Shown here one piece after another: positions 53,366 through 61,917 of a stretch of 64,000 bases of DNA (the stretch's first letter is position 1; every line of letters begins with the position of its first letter). The stretch is from a virus. Its lineage: Duplodnaviria; Caudoviricetes. The stretch covers positions 989 through 64,988 of the IMG/VR virus record IMGVR_UViG_3300033070_001299. One strand, written 5' to 3'. The notes beneath the pieces are model-generated. The model worked only from the letters and a program-made list of their open reading frames with translations, was not told the origin of the DNA and ran no database searches. Made by a program: the position numbers and the translations under genes.

Positions 53366-53951
53366 GGCCCGCGCCACCATCCGCGTCGGCGATCAGGTGC
53401 TGGATGGCGTCGTGGGGCGCGAGGGCGTGCTGCTGTACACCGAGCGCCCCGATCCCCGCACCATGCCCGTCCTCGTGGGCATGAACAACCCCTACGGCGA
53501 CGATCCGCGCTTCGCGCTCTACGACCTGCCCACCACGGCGGCGGGCTACCGCCTCCAGCGCGTGATCCTGGGGCTGCACCCGCGCACCTACCGCGGGCTG
53601 GCGCGACACAACCTCTGCATCGGCGACTTCCGCATGAGGGCGGCGCGCCGCGCGGCCGCGCACCTGGAGGCCAGCTACGCCGACCGCGTGCTGATCCTGC
53701 TGGGACGACAGGTGGCCGCGGCCTTCGGCTTCGCCGACGCGCCCTTCTTCACCGCCCAGGCCCGGCCCGGCGGCCCGCTCTGCCTGCTGCTGTACCACCC
53801 GAGCGGGCAGGTGACCGCGTGGAACAGGCCCGAGGTAGTGGCGCAGGCCCGCGCCCTGATCCGATCCGCGCTGCCCGATCTGCCCCTGGGCGAGTGCGAC
53901 GCGGATCGATCTGATGATCGCGATCTTGATCGCGCAGGAGACGGAGCATGA
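53358..53951 (+). CDS. uracil-DNA glycosylase superfamily protein (SMUG/MUG-like)
   Basis: LVGMNNP (motif A-like), AGYRL, RHNL, ILLGRQVA, YHPSG..WN (motif B). Confidence 0.65.
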   Translation: MTEARATIRVGDQVLDGVVGREGVLLYTERPDPRTMPVLVGMNNPYGDDPRFALYDLPTTAAGYRLQRVILGLHPRTYRGLARHNLCIGDFRMRAARRAAAHLEASYADRVLILLGRQVAAAFGFADAPFFTAQARPGGPLCLLLYHPSGQVTAWNRPEVVAQARALIRSALPDLPLGECDADRSDDRDLDRAGDGA

Positions 53952-55798
53952 TCAGCGTCGATCTGTTCGCTGGGGGCGGAGGCGCCTCGCTGGCGATCAA
54001 GCAGGCCACCGGGAGCGAGCCCCTGATCGCGGTCAATCACTGCGAGGCGGCGATCAGGATGCACGCGGCCAACCACCCGCGGTCCATCCACCTGCAGCAG
54101 GACGTATGGTCGGTCGACCCCTACGAGGTGCTGCGCCGCCAGCCCGTGGTCGACCTGCTGTGGGCGTCGCCGGACTGCACGCACCATAGCCGCGCCAAGG
54201 GCGGCAAGCCCCGGAGCAAGAAGCTCCGGCACCTCGCCGACGTGGTCCCCGACTGGGCGTGGGCCGTCCGGCCCCGGATGATCCTGCTGGAGAACGTCCC
54301 CGAGTTCGAGCAGTGGGGGCCGCTGCACCCCGAGACGCCGGACGTGCCCGAGAAGCTGCGCGGCCGCCCCATCAAGGAGCGGGCCGGCGAGGACTTCCGC
54401 GCCTTCGTCGAGCGGCTGGAGGTCATGGGCTACGAGGTGGACTGGCGCGTGCTCAACGCGGCGGACTTCGGCGCGCCGACCAGCAGGCGCCGCCTGTTCC
54501 TCGTGGCGCGGGCCGACGGCGTGGCGCCGGCCTGGCCCACGCCGACGCACGGGCCGGGCCGCCCCAGGCCGTGGCGCTCGGCCGCCGAGTGCATCGACTG
54601 GTCGATCCCGTGCCCGTCGATCTTCACCCGCAAGAAGCCCCTGGCCGAGGCCACGCAGCGGCGGATCGCCGAGGGCGTGCGACGCTACGTCCTGACCGCC
54701 GCCCAGCCCTTCATCGTCAACCTGTCCCACGGCGGCCGGCTGGCCTCGCTGGAGGATCCGCTGGCGACGCTCACCGCCGACCCCGAGGGCGGCGACCGCG
54801 TGCTGGTCGCGCCGACGCTGGCCTGCCTCACGCACCAGGGGAGCGACAGCAGCAGGGCCGAGCCCGTGGACGAGCCCATGAAGACGATCACCGCCGCGCA
54901 CCGCGGCGAGCGCGCTGTAGTCGCCGCCAGCCTCATTCGCTACAACGGCGAGCGGCCAGATGGGCCGGCCCATGTACACGAGGCGGCCGCACCGCTGCCC
55001 ACGGTTCCAACCGAGAATCGCTTTGGGTTGGTCGCGGCCTCTATGGTCCAGCTCCAGCAGGGCAGCGTCGGGCGCCCCGCCGAGGCTCCGCTCGGCACGG
55101 CGACGGGGACAAACCACCATGCCCTCCTCGCCGCATCGCTGGTCCAGCTTTGTTACGGGGAGCGGGACGGGCAGGCGCCCCGCGTGCTGGACCTCGACAA
55201 GCCCCTCGGCACCGTGGTCGCTGGCGGCTGCAAGGCCGGGCTCGTCGCCGCCTTCCTGGCCCGCAACAACGGGACCACGGCGGGCAAGGAGAACCCTGGC
55301 CGCGATCTGGAGCGGCCAGCCGGCACGATCACCGAGACCGACACGCACGGCCTCGCGGCCGTGTTCCTGGACAAGCTGCACGGGAGCGCCAGGGCCGGCG
55401 TCCCCGTGGACGGCCCCTGCCCCACGGTCGCGGCGGGCGGAGGCCGCGGCGGAGGCCACGCCGCGCTCGTGGCGGCCTTCCTGATCAAGTACTACGGAAC
55501 CGGCGGGCAGTGGGCGAAGCTGGCCGAGAGCGAGCCCATGCACACCATCGTCTCCAAGGCCCGCATGGGGCTCGTCACCGTCGAGATCGACGGCGAGGAG
55601 TGGGCCGTGGTGGACATTGGAATGCGGATGCTCACCCCGCGCGAGCTGGCCCGCGCCCAGGGGTTCCCCGAGGACTACGTCCTCACGGGGACCAAGAGCG
55701 AGCAGATCGCCAGGATCGGCAACAGCGTCTCGCCGCCACCGGCGCGGGCGCTGATCGAGGCCCAGCTACGGGCCGGGCCGGCCGAGGAGGCCGCGTGA
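53948..55798 (+). CDS. dcm: C5-cytosine DNA methyltransferase with repeated variable region
   Basis: DLFAGGGG, WASPDC, LLENVPEF, LNAADFGAPTSRRRLF, MLTPRELARAQGFP, IGNSVSP. Confidence 0.92.
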   Translation: MISVDLFAGGGGASLAIKQATGSEPLIAVNHCEAAIRMHAANHPRSIHLQQDVWSVDPYEVLRRQPVVDLLWASPDCTHHSRAKGGKPRSKKLRHLADVVPDWAWAVRPRMILLENVPEFEQWGPLHPETPDVPEKLRGRPIKERAGEDFRAFVERLEVMGYEVDWRVLNAADFGAPTSRRRLFLVARADGVAPAWPTPTHGPGRPRPWRSAAECIDWSIPCPSIFTRKKPLAEATQRRIAEGVRRYVLTAAQPFIVNLSHGGRLASLEDPLATLTADPEGGDRVLVAPTLACLTHQGSDSSRAEPVDEPMKTITAAHRGERAVVAASLIRYNGERPDGPAHVHEAAAPLPTVPTENRFGLVAASMVQLQQGSVGRPAEAPLGTATGTNHHALLAASLVQLCYGERDGQAPRVLDLDKPLGTVVAGGCKAGLVAAFLARNNGTTAGKENPGRDLERPAGTITETDTHGLAAVFLDKLHGSARAGVPVDGPCPTVAAGGGRGGGHAALVAAFLIKYYGTGGQWAKLAESEPMHTIVSKARMGLVTVEIDGEEWAVVDIGMRMLTPRELARAQGFPEDYVLTGTKSEQIARIGNSVSPPPARALIEAQLRAGPAEEAA

Positions 55799-56178
55799 GC
55801 TACGTGCTGGCCTTCGACCGTGGCCTGCGCGACAGCGCCGTGGTCTGGATCATGCTCGACGACGGGTCGGGCCGCTGCGCCCTGGCGCTCGAGGTGCGCC
55901 GCGAGCCCCGGCTGGTGCGCTACTTCTTCTCGCCCTGGGCGCCCTACCACGGCGACGAGCTGCCACCGGACGACCTGCTGCCCTGGCTGCACGCGCACGC
56001 GGCCGAGCTGGCCGCGGAGGGCTTTCCCCTGCGCCGTTGGTGGCACCTCTGGCCCTGCCGGGAGTGCGGGGCCGCGCCGCTGGCGCCCTGCCGATCCCTG
56101 GGGCGCGTCTCCAGGCCCATGCACTACGCGCACAAGGGGCGCCGGCCCCGTCCGCCCTGGCCCTGGAGCTGCCCATGA
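55795..56178 (+). CDS. hypothetical protein with C-terminal Zn finger
   Basis: CRECGA.P.APC...H..R; GTGA overlap. Confidence 0.6.
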   Translation: MSYVLAFDRGLRDSAVVWIMLDDGSGRCALALEVRREPRLVRYFFSPWAPYHGDELPPDDLLPWLHAHAAELAAEGFPLRRWWHLWPCRECGAAPLAPCRSLGRVSRPMHYAHKGRRPRPPWPWSCP

Positions 56179-56447
56179 GCGTCATGTCCGAGGCCGAGTA
56201 CCGCCGCCGGCTGGCGGTCCAGATCGAGCGCGCTGCCAGAGGCCGCACGATCAAGATCCCGTGCGGCGAGTGTGGCAACTGGACGCCGCTGCCCGACCTC
56301 TACCGCTGCTTTCAGTGCGGCTGCTGGCTCTGCGAGGAGTGCGGCGCGCGGCACTGGCCCGAGGCCGCGGCGAAGCGGCACCACGAGGCCATCGCCGAGG
56401 CCGTGCTGGCCGCGCAGCAGCTCCCGGCGCGCCCGGGTGCCCCTTGA
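56175..56447 (+). CDS. small Zn-finger protein
   Basis: CGEC, CFQC, CEEC..H. Confidence 0.65.
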   Translation: MSVMSEAEYRRRLAVQIERAARGRTIKIPCGECGNWTPLPDLYRCFQCGCWLCEECGARHWPEAAAKRHHEAIAEAVLAAQQLPARPGAP

Positions 56448-56674
56448 GGCGCGGCCGGCGCGGCGGCGCCCCGGGCGGGATCGGAGGGCACACCTGGGCC
56501 CAGCGGCGCGGCGCTGGCCTGGACTGGTCCAACTGCCGGCCCGCGGTCGACGCGCCGGCCCCCTCGGGCTGCTGCGCCCTGTGCGGCGCCCCGCTGGCCT
56601 ACCTGCCCCGCCGCGCCGGCGCCTTCCTGGTGCCCGGCGAGACGGAGCTGCGCTGCTCCAGGGAGTGCTCGTGA
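56444..56674 (+). CDS. small Cys-containing hypothetical protein
   Basis: TTGA and GTGA overlaps fill the gap; CALC..C..C. Confidence 0.4.
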   Translation: MRRGRRGGAPGGIGGHTWAQRRGAGLDWSNCRPAVDAPAPSGCCALCGAPLAYLPRRAGAFLVPGETELRCSRECS

Positions 56675-57036
56675 GCCCCGCCGAGCTGGGCGAGGCCATC
56701 CTGCGCGCCACGGGCGGCGCCGGCCTGCGCGTGGCCGACGAGCGCGACCTGCAGGAGCAGCTCGCGGCGCTGCTGGCCGCGGCCGGCGTCGCGCACCAGC
56801 GCGAGGCGCCCCTGGGGCCGCGCAGCCGCGTCGACTTCCTCGTGGGCGGGATCGTCCTCGAGGTGAAGGTGGGCGGCGGCCTGTCCGACCTGACCCGCCA
56901 GGTAGTGCGCTACGCCGAGCACGCGACCGTCCTGGGCGTGCTCGTCGTCACCACGCGCCGCGCCCACCGCGACCTCCCCGACCAGGTGCTGGGCAAGCCC
57001 CTCGCCGTCCTCTGCATCGGAGACCTGCTGCTGTGA
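56671..57036 (+). CDS. PD-(D/E)xK nuclease-fold protein
   Basis: E..LQ..L, RE..L, RVDFLV..IVLEVK, QV.RY. Confidence 0.7.
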   Translation: MSPAELGEAILRATGGAGLRVADERDLQEQLAALLAAAGVAHQREAPLGPRSRVDFLVGGIVLEVKVGGGLSDLTRQVVRYAEHATVLGVLVVTTRRAHRDLPDQVLGKPLAVLCIGDLLL

Positions 57037-58769
57037 TCCCCGCCCCGATCCCCACGCACGGAACCCTCGTCCACCGCGCCGGTTGGTGGCTGATCGCCGC
57101 CGAGCCCCATGCCCTGATGCGGCTGCGCCGCTGGGTTGGACGGCTGGACGCCGACGAGCACGACCAGCTCCGCCTCCGCCGCTCGCCCGAGGTGGACAGG
57201 GACCTCCAGTGCTTCCTCGACCGCTTCCCCCTGGAGATGAGCGCAGGCGACGCGCGCCTGCTGCACATGGGCGCCGAGGCGCACCGGGCCATGGGCCGCA
57301 CCGTCGCCGCCGTGGCGGCCGGCACCTTCGTCGCGCGGGCCTTCGATCTGGCCGTCCCACCCCGGGACTACCAGCGGATCGCCGCCGACCTCTGGCTGCA
57401 CGTCCGCGCCATGATCCTCGGCGACGACATGGGCCTGGGGAAGACCGCCACGGCCATCGCCGGCCTGTCCGACCCCGCCACGAGGCCCGCGCTCGTCGTC
57501 ACCCTGACCCACCTGCCCGAGCAGTGGCGGCGGGAGATCGACCGCTTCTGCCCTGGGATGCGGATCTTGATCCTGGACGGGACCAAGCCCTACGACGTGG
57601 CCGAAGCCTGGGCGCGCCAGGAGACGCGGCGCACCGGGCGCAGGGTCGCGCCGGCCTTCCCCGACGTGCTGATCACGACCTACCACCGGATCGCCGGCTG
57701 GGCGGAGGCGCTGGCGCCCAAGCTCCGCGGGCTGGTCTACGACGAGGTCCAGGAGCTGCGCCACAACGACACGGCGAAGTACAAGGCCGCCGCGCACCTC
57801 TCCGCCGGGGCCACCTACCGGATCGGGCTGTCCGCCACGCCGATCCACAACTACGGCGGGGAGTTCTTCAACGTGGTCGAGGCCGTGCGCCCCGGCGCGC
57901 TGGGCAGCCGCGAGGAATTCGTCCGCGAGTGGTGCGTGAGCGGCGAGGAGGAGCGGAAGACCAGGGTGCGCGATACCCGGGCCTTCGGCCTGTACCTGCG
58001 CGAGAGCGGGATCATGCTGCGCCGGACGCGCAAGGAGGTCGGGCGCGAGCTGCCCCCCCTGACCGTGGTGCCCCACCACATCGAGGCGGACCTGGCCGCG
58101 CTGGACCGCGTCGCGGGCTCGGCGGCCGAGCTGGCGCGGATCATCATCGGCCAGCGGACCAGCAACTTCGACCGCATGAAGGCCAGCGGGGACCTCGACC
58201 GCCTCATGCGCCAGGCGACCGGGATCGCGAAGGCGCCATACATCGCGGACTTCGTGCAGATGCTGGTCGAGAGCGGCGAGCGCCCCGTGGTGTACCTCTG
58301 GCACCGCGAGGTCTACGCCATCGTCCAGGCGAAGCTCCGGGAGCTCAAGCCGTCCATGTTCACGGGCTCGGAGAGCACCGTGGCGAAGCGGGAGAACCTC
58401 CGCCGCTTCACCAGCGGCGAGACGCCCGTGCTGCTGATGAGCCTGCGATCCGGCGCGGGCGTGGACGGCCTCCAGCACGCCAGCCGGACGGTCGTGATCG
58501 GCGAGCTGGACTGGAGCCCCGTGGTCCACGATCAGGCCATCGGCCGCGTCGACCGCGACGGCCAGCCCGACAAGGTGGTGGCCTACTACCTGCTGGCCGA
58601 CGTGGGCAGCGACCCCACCGTGGCCGACGCCTGCGGGGCCAAGGCGGCGCAGAGCGGCACGATCCGCGACCCCCGGCGCGAGCTGGTCTCGATCCCCCAG
58701 GTGGACCCCGGCCGCGTGCGCCAGCTCGCCGAGGCGTTCCTGGCGTCGCGCGCTGGGCGCCGCCGCTGA
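57033..58769 (+). CDS. SNF2-family helicase
   Basis: LGDDMGLGKT, YDEVQ, LSATP, GAGVDGLQ, QAIGRVDRDGQ. Confidence 0.9.
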   Translation: MIPAPIPTHGTLVHRAGWWLIAAEPHALMRLRRWVGRLDADEHDQLRLRRSPEVDRDLQCFLDRFPLEMSAGDARLLHMGAEAHRAMGRTVAAVAAGTFVARAFDLAVPPRDYQRIAADLWLHVRAMILGDDMGLGKTATAIAGLSDPATRPALVVTLTHLPEQWRREIDRFCPGMRILILDGTKPYDVAEAWARQETRRTGRRVAPAFPDVLITTYHRIAGWAEALAPKLRGLVYDEVQELRHNDTAKYKAAAHLSAGATYRIGLSATPIHNYGGEFFNVVEAVRPGALGSREEFVREWCVSGEEERKTRVRDTRAFGLYLRESGIMLRRTRKEVGRELPPLTVVPHHIEADLAALDRVAGSAAELARIIIGQRTSNFDRMKASGDLDRLMRQATGIAKAPYIADFVQMLVESGERPVVYLWHREVYAIVQAKLRELKPSMFTGSESTVAKRENLRRFTSGETPVLLMSLRSGAGVDGLQHASRTVVIGELDWSPVVHDQAIGRVDRDGQPDKVVAYYLLADVGSDPTVADACGAKAAQSGTIRDPRRELVSIPQVDPGRVRQLAEAFLASRAGRRR

Positions 58770-58772
58770 TTT

Positions 58773-58825
58773 CTCCGGGCTGGCGACGTTCCGACTTGCA
58801 ACCGCGCCACGCTGGCGCTATTGGT
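58773..58825 (+). promoter_or_regulatory. operator-class promoter TTGCAA-17-TATTGG
   Basis: Operators at 58805 and 58773; near-duplicate of the 4137-4203 block. Confidence 0.8.
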
Positions 58826-58847
58826 TGGTCGTTACCTGGAGCCGCCC

Positions 58848-59144
58848 GTGCCCTACTCGAACGCAACCACCCCCGCCCTCGAAACCCACGCACAGATCCG
58901 GGCCGCCTGCGAGCAGCTCGAGCAGCACCTGGGCGCCGAGGCCACCGAGGAGGCGCGCGGCGAAGTGGCCTTCCCCCTCTTCGAGGGCGCGCCGTCCTGG
59001 TGCAGCCTGACCCTGCACCACGGCCGCGTCTACTACGCCGAGCTCCGCCGGCTGGCGTCCTCGCGAGAGGCCGGCGAGCGCCTGGCCGTCTACCACACGC
59101 AAGGGATCGCGGCCTTCCGCGCCCTCCCGCCCCGCCAGTTCTGA
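58848..59144 (+). CDS. small hypothetical protein
   Basis: GGAG RBS + GTG downstream of the promoter. Confidence 0.6.
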   Translation: MPYSNATTPALETHAQIRAACEQLEQHLGAEATEEARGEVAFPLFEGAPSWCSLTLHHGRVYYAELRRLASSREAGERLAVYHTQGIAAFRALPPRQF

Positions 59145-59155
59145 TCGGAGCCCCC

Positions 59156-60181
59156 ATGGAAATCCCCGCCCCCGACAACGCCCGCCCCGATACCTCGACC
59201 CTGCTTCCCCTGGGCGAGTACGACCGCATTCTGGTCATGTTCAGCGGGGGCAAGGACAGCACCGCCCTCGTGCTGCACATGCTGGGGCTCATGGCCGCGG
59301 CCAGAGTGCCCCGCGCGCGCCTTGAGCTCTGGCACCAGCTCGTCGACGGCTCGCCCGAGGAGCCGGGCTTCATGGACTGGCCCGTGACGCACGCCTACTG
59401 TGAGGCCGTGGCCCGCGCGCTCGATCTGCCGATCCGCTACCAGTGGCGCGAGGGCGGGTTCCTGCGCGAGATGCTGCGCGAGGACACCCCCACGGCGCCG
59501 GTCACCGTCCAGCGCGAGGACGGCGTTCGCGAGACCAAGGGCGGATCCGGGCCCGCCGGCACGCGCCTCCGGTTTCCCCAGGTGAGCGCCGATCTGACCG
59601 AGCGCTGGTGCTCGGCCTACCTGAAGATCGACGTTGCGCGGCGGGCCATCGCCCGCGACCCCCGCCTGCGCGCCGGGCGGATCCTGCTGGTCACCGGCGA
59701 GCGCCGCGAGGAGAGCCCAGGCCGGGCCCGCTACGCCACGATCGAGCGGCACGCGACCAGCAACGCCTCCCGCCGCGTCGATCACTGGCGGCCGATCCTG
59801 GGCTGGCCCGAGGGCAGCGTGTGGGAGATCATGCGCTCCGCGGGGATCGTGCCCCATCCCTGCTACTTCGTCGGGTTCGCGCGGGCCTCGTGTGGACACT
59901 GCCTGTTCCAGCGGGCCAACGAGCGGGCGACGGCGCGCGCGGTGGACCCGGCGGGCTTCGAACACGTCGCCGTCCGCGAGGAGGCCACCGGCTACACCAT
60001 CGAGCGCAAGGAAAGCGTGCGCCAGCTCGCGGATCGCGGTGAGCTGCTGGTGCCCGAGCCCGTGCTGGAGGACTGGCGGCCGGTGCTTATGTCGCGGACC
60101 TACGACCGCCCGGCCAGGGTGGACCCCGCCCTCTGGCTGCTGCCCCCAGGCGCCTACCGCCACGGCGCCGGCCCATCGTGA
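59156..60181 (+). CDS. PAPS-reductase/DndC-like PP-loop protein
   Basis: FSGGKDS, RWCSAYLKI, TGERREES..RA, WRPILGW, HPCY..G..RASCGHC. Confidence 0.85.
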   Translation: MEIPAPDNARPDTSTLLPLGEYDRILVMFSGGKDSTALVLHMLGLMAAARVPRARLELWHQLVDGSPEEPGFMDWPVTHAYCEAVARALDLPIRYQWREGGFLREMLREDTPTAPVTVQREDGVRETKGGSGPAGTRLRFPQVSADLTERWCSAYLKIDVARRAIARDPRLRAGRILLVTGERREESPGRARYATIERHATSNASRRVDHWRPILGWPEGSVWEIMRSAGIVPHPCYFVGFARASCGHCLFQRANERATARAVDPAGFEHVAVREEATGYTIERKESVRQLADRGELLVPEPVLEDWRPVLMSRTYDRPARVDPALWLLPPGAYRHGAGPS

Positions 60182-61026
60182 AGACGACCGGCCTCCCGCT
60201 GCTGCCGACCGAGGACGTCACGCTGGCGCCCATGTTCGACCAGCGCTGGCGCGGCGGCCGGTCCTCCCACCGCCCGGTTGGCGAGCCCTTCGAGCCCCGC
60301 GCCCACGGGCTGGAGCCCATCGAGCGCGAGCTGGCGGCGGCCTTCGTCGAGGAGCACCACTACGCGGGCAGCTACCCCGCGGCGCGCGTGGCCTATGGCC
60401 TGTACCGGGCCTTCACGGGCCTCGTCGGCGTCGTGGTCTTCGGCCGCGGCCAGCAGGACGCCGTCGGCCCCCGCTACGCGCCGGGCGTGGACCCCGCGCA
60501 CGTCGTCGAGCTCCAGCGCCTCGTCCTGCTCGACCTTGTGGAGGGCAACGGGGAGAGCGCCACGGTCGCGGCCGCGCTGCGCGCGCTCCGGCGCGACCTG
60601 CCCGAGGTGCGGCTGGTGATCAGCTACAGCGATCCGATCATCCGGCGGCGCGCGGACAGATCGAAGATCCTGCCCGGCCACGTCGGCCAGACCTACCAGG
60701 CGGGCGGAGCCGCCTACCACGGCCGGGGGAAGCGCCGCCGGCTGGTGCTGGCGCCGACGGGCGAGGTGGTGCCCGAGCGCGGGGCCTCCAAGCTGATCGC
60801 CGGCCACCGCGGCGCCGCTGGGTTCTACGAGCGCCTCGTGGGCTGGGGCGCGCCCAGGATCCAGCACGGCGAGGCCCCGGCGGCCTACCTGGACCGCGCG
60901 CTGCGCGAGGGCCCCTTCCGCGTGCTCGCCCACCCCGGCAACCACGTCTATAGCTGGGCGCTGGACCCCACCCTGGACCGCGCCCCAGCCCTGCACTACC
61001 CGCGCCGGATGCTGGAGCTGGCGTAG
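60178..61026 (+). CDS. mom: Mom-like GNAT-fold DNA adenine modification protein
   Basis: FVEEHHY, LVGVVVFG, ELQRLVL, VISYSDP, GQTYQA. Confidence 0.75.
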   Translation: MKTTGLPLLPTEDVTLAPMFDQRWRGGRSSHRPVGEPFEPRAHGLEPIERELAAAFVEEHHYAGSYPAARVAYGLYRAFTGLVGVVVFGRGQQDAVGPRYAPGVDPAHVVELQRLVLLDLVEGNGESATVAAALRALRRDLPEVRLVISYSDPIIRRRADRSKILPGHVGQTYQAGGAAYHGRGKRRRLVLAPTGEVVPERGASKLIAGHRGAAGFYERLVGWGAPRIQHGEAPAAYLDRALREGPFRVLAHPGNHVYSWALDPTLDRAPALHYPRRMLELA

Positions 61027-61077
61027 GCGGCCGTTTAAAACATGTGGCGTTTGTATACCAGCCCCGCCAACGCCCCC

Positions 61078-61106
61078 TCGCGCTCGCGACTGCAATCAGC
61101 TACGAT
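61078..61106 (+). promoter_or_regulatory. late-type promoter TCGCGC-17-TACGAT, likely leaderless
   Basis: ATG at 61113 is 7 nt after the -10 box, with no SD. Confidence 0.5.
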
Positions 61107-61112
61107 GCGGCC

Positions 61113-61334
61113 ATGGCGCGGGACGTAGACTGGAGCGCGGTGCTGGAGCACATCGAGCGGACGGGGGACGGCCCCCGCGCCGCCGCGCGAGCGCTCGGCC
61201 TGCCCGAGGGGACGGTGCTGGCGGGCCTGCCCCGCGAGCGCGCCCGCCGCGCCCTGGCCGCGGGCACCTGCCCGACGTGCGGCCAGCCCGTCCAGCAGGC
61301 CGAGAAGGGAGGAGACCGTGGCACGGCCGACTAA
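61113..61334 (+). CDS. small HTH + CxxC protein
   Basis: PRAAARALGLPEGTV HTH-like; CPTCGQ. Confidence 0.6.
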   Translation: MARDVDWSAVLEHIERTGDGPRAAARALGLPEGTVLAGLPRERARRALAAGTCPTCGQPVQQAEKGGDRGTAD

Positions 61335-61917
61335 GCTGACCGACGAGGTGCGCGCCGCCTTCCTGGCCGCTGCCAAGGTGGGCGCGACGGACGAGATCGC
61401 CGCCGATCACGCGGGGATCGCGCCGTCCACGTTCTACAAGTGGATGGAGCTCGGCCGGGCCGGCCGCAAGCCCTATGCGGAGTTTCTGGAGGAGGTCACG
61501 CGGGCGCGGGCCACCTGCTCGGTCTACGACCTCAACGCGATCAGCGAGGCCAGGACGGGGACGGTGATCGTGACCGACGAGGTGCGCGTGCAGCGCCCCG
61601 CGCGCCGGATCATCCACCCCGACGGCCGCGTGGAGGAGATCGCCGCCTATGAGGAGGTGATCCCCCGCCGCGTGGAGCACCAGCCCGGGGACTGGCGCGC
61701 GGGCGCGCACCGGCTGGCCGTGCGCCACCCGGAGAACTACGCCCGCCAGAAGATCGAGCTCCGGCACACGGGCCCCGGCGGCGGCCCGGTCCAGACCGAG
61801 GGGCGCGTCAAGCTGGACATGAGCAAGCTCCCGCTCGAGCAGGTGCTGGCCCTGGCGGGCGCCTCCAGCGCCGCCGAGCTGGGCGAGGTCGACGAGGCTG
61901 GCGGCGAGGGCCAGTGA
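61318..61917 (+). CDS. terS: terminase small subunit
   Basis: MARPTKLT, AADHAGIAPSTFYKW, DWRA.A..L....PENY; precedes terL. Confidence 0.8.
   Translation: MARPTKLTDEVRAAFLAAAKVGATDEIAADHAGIAPSTFYKWMELGRAGRKPYAEFLEEVTRARATCSVYDLNAISEARTGTVIVTDEVRVQRPARRIIHPDGRVEEIAAYEEVIPRRVEHQPGDWRAGAHRLAVRHPENYARQKIELRHTGPGGGPVQTEGRVKLDMSKLPLEQVLALAGASSAAELGEVDEAGGEGQ

Noticed and set aside
59156-60181. Complete Dnd phosphorothioation or sulfate-assimilation pathway
   Set aside because: Only the PP-loop protein is present; no dndA/B/D/E, ssp or cys partners in the window
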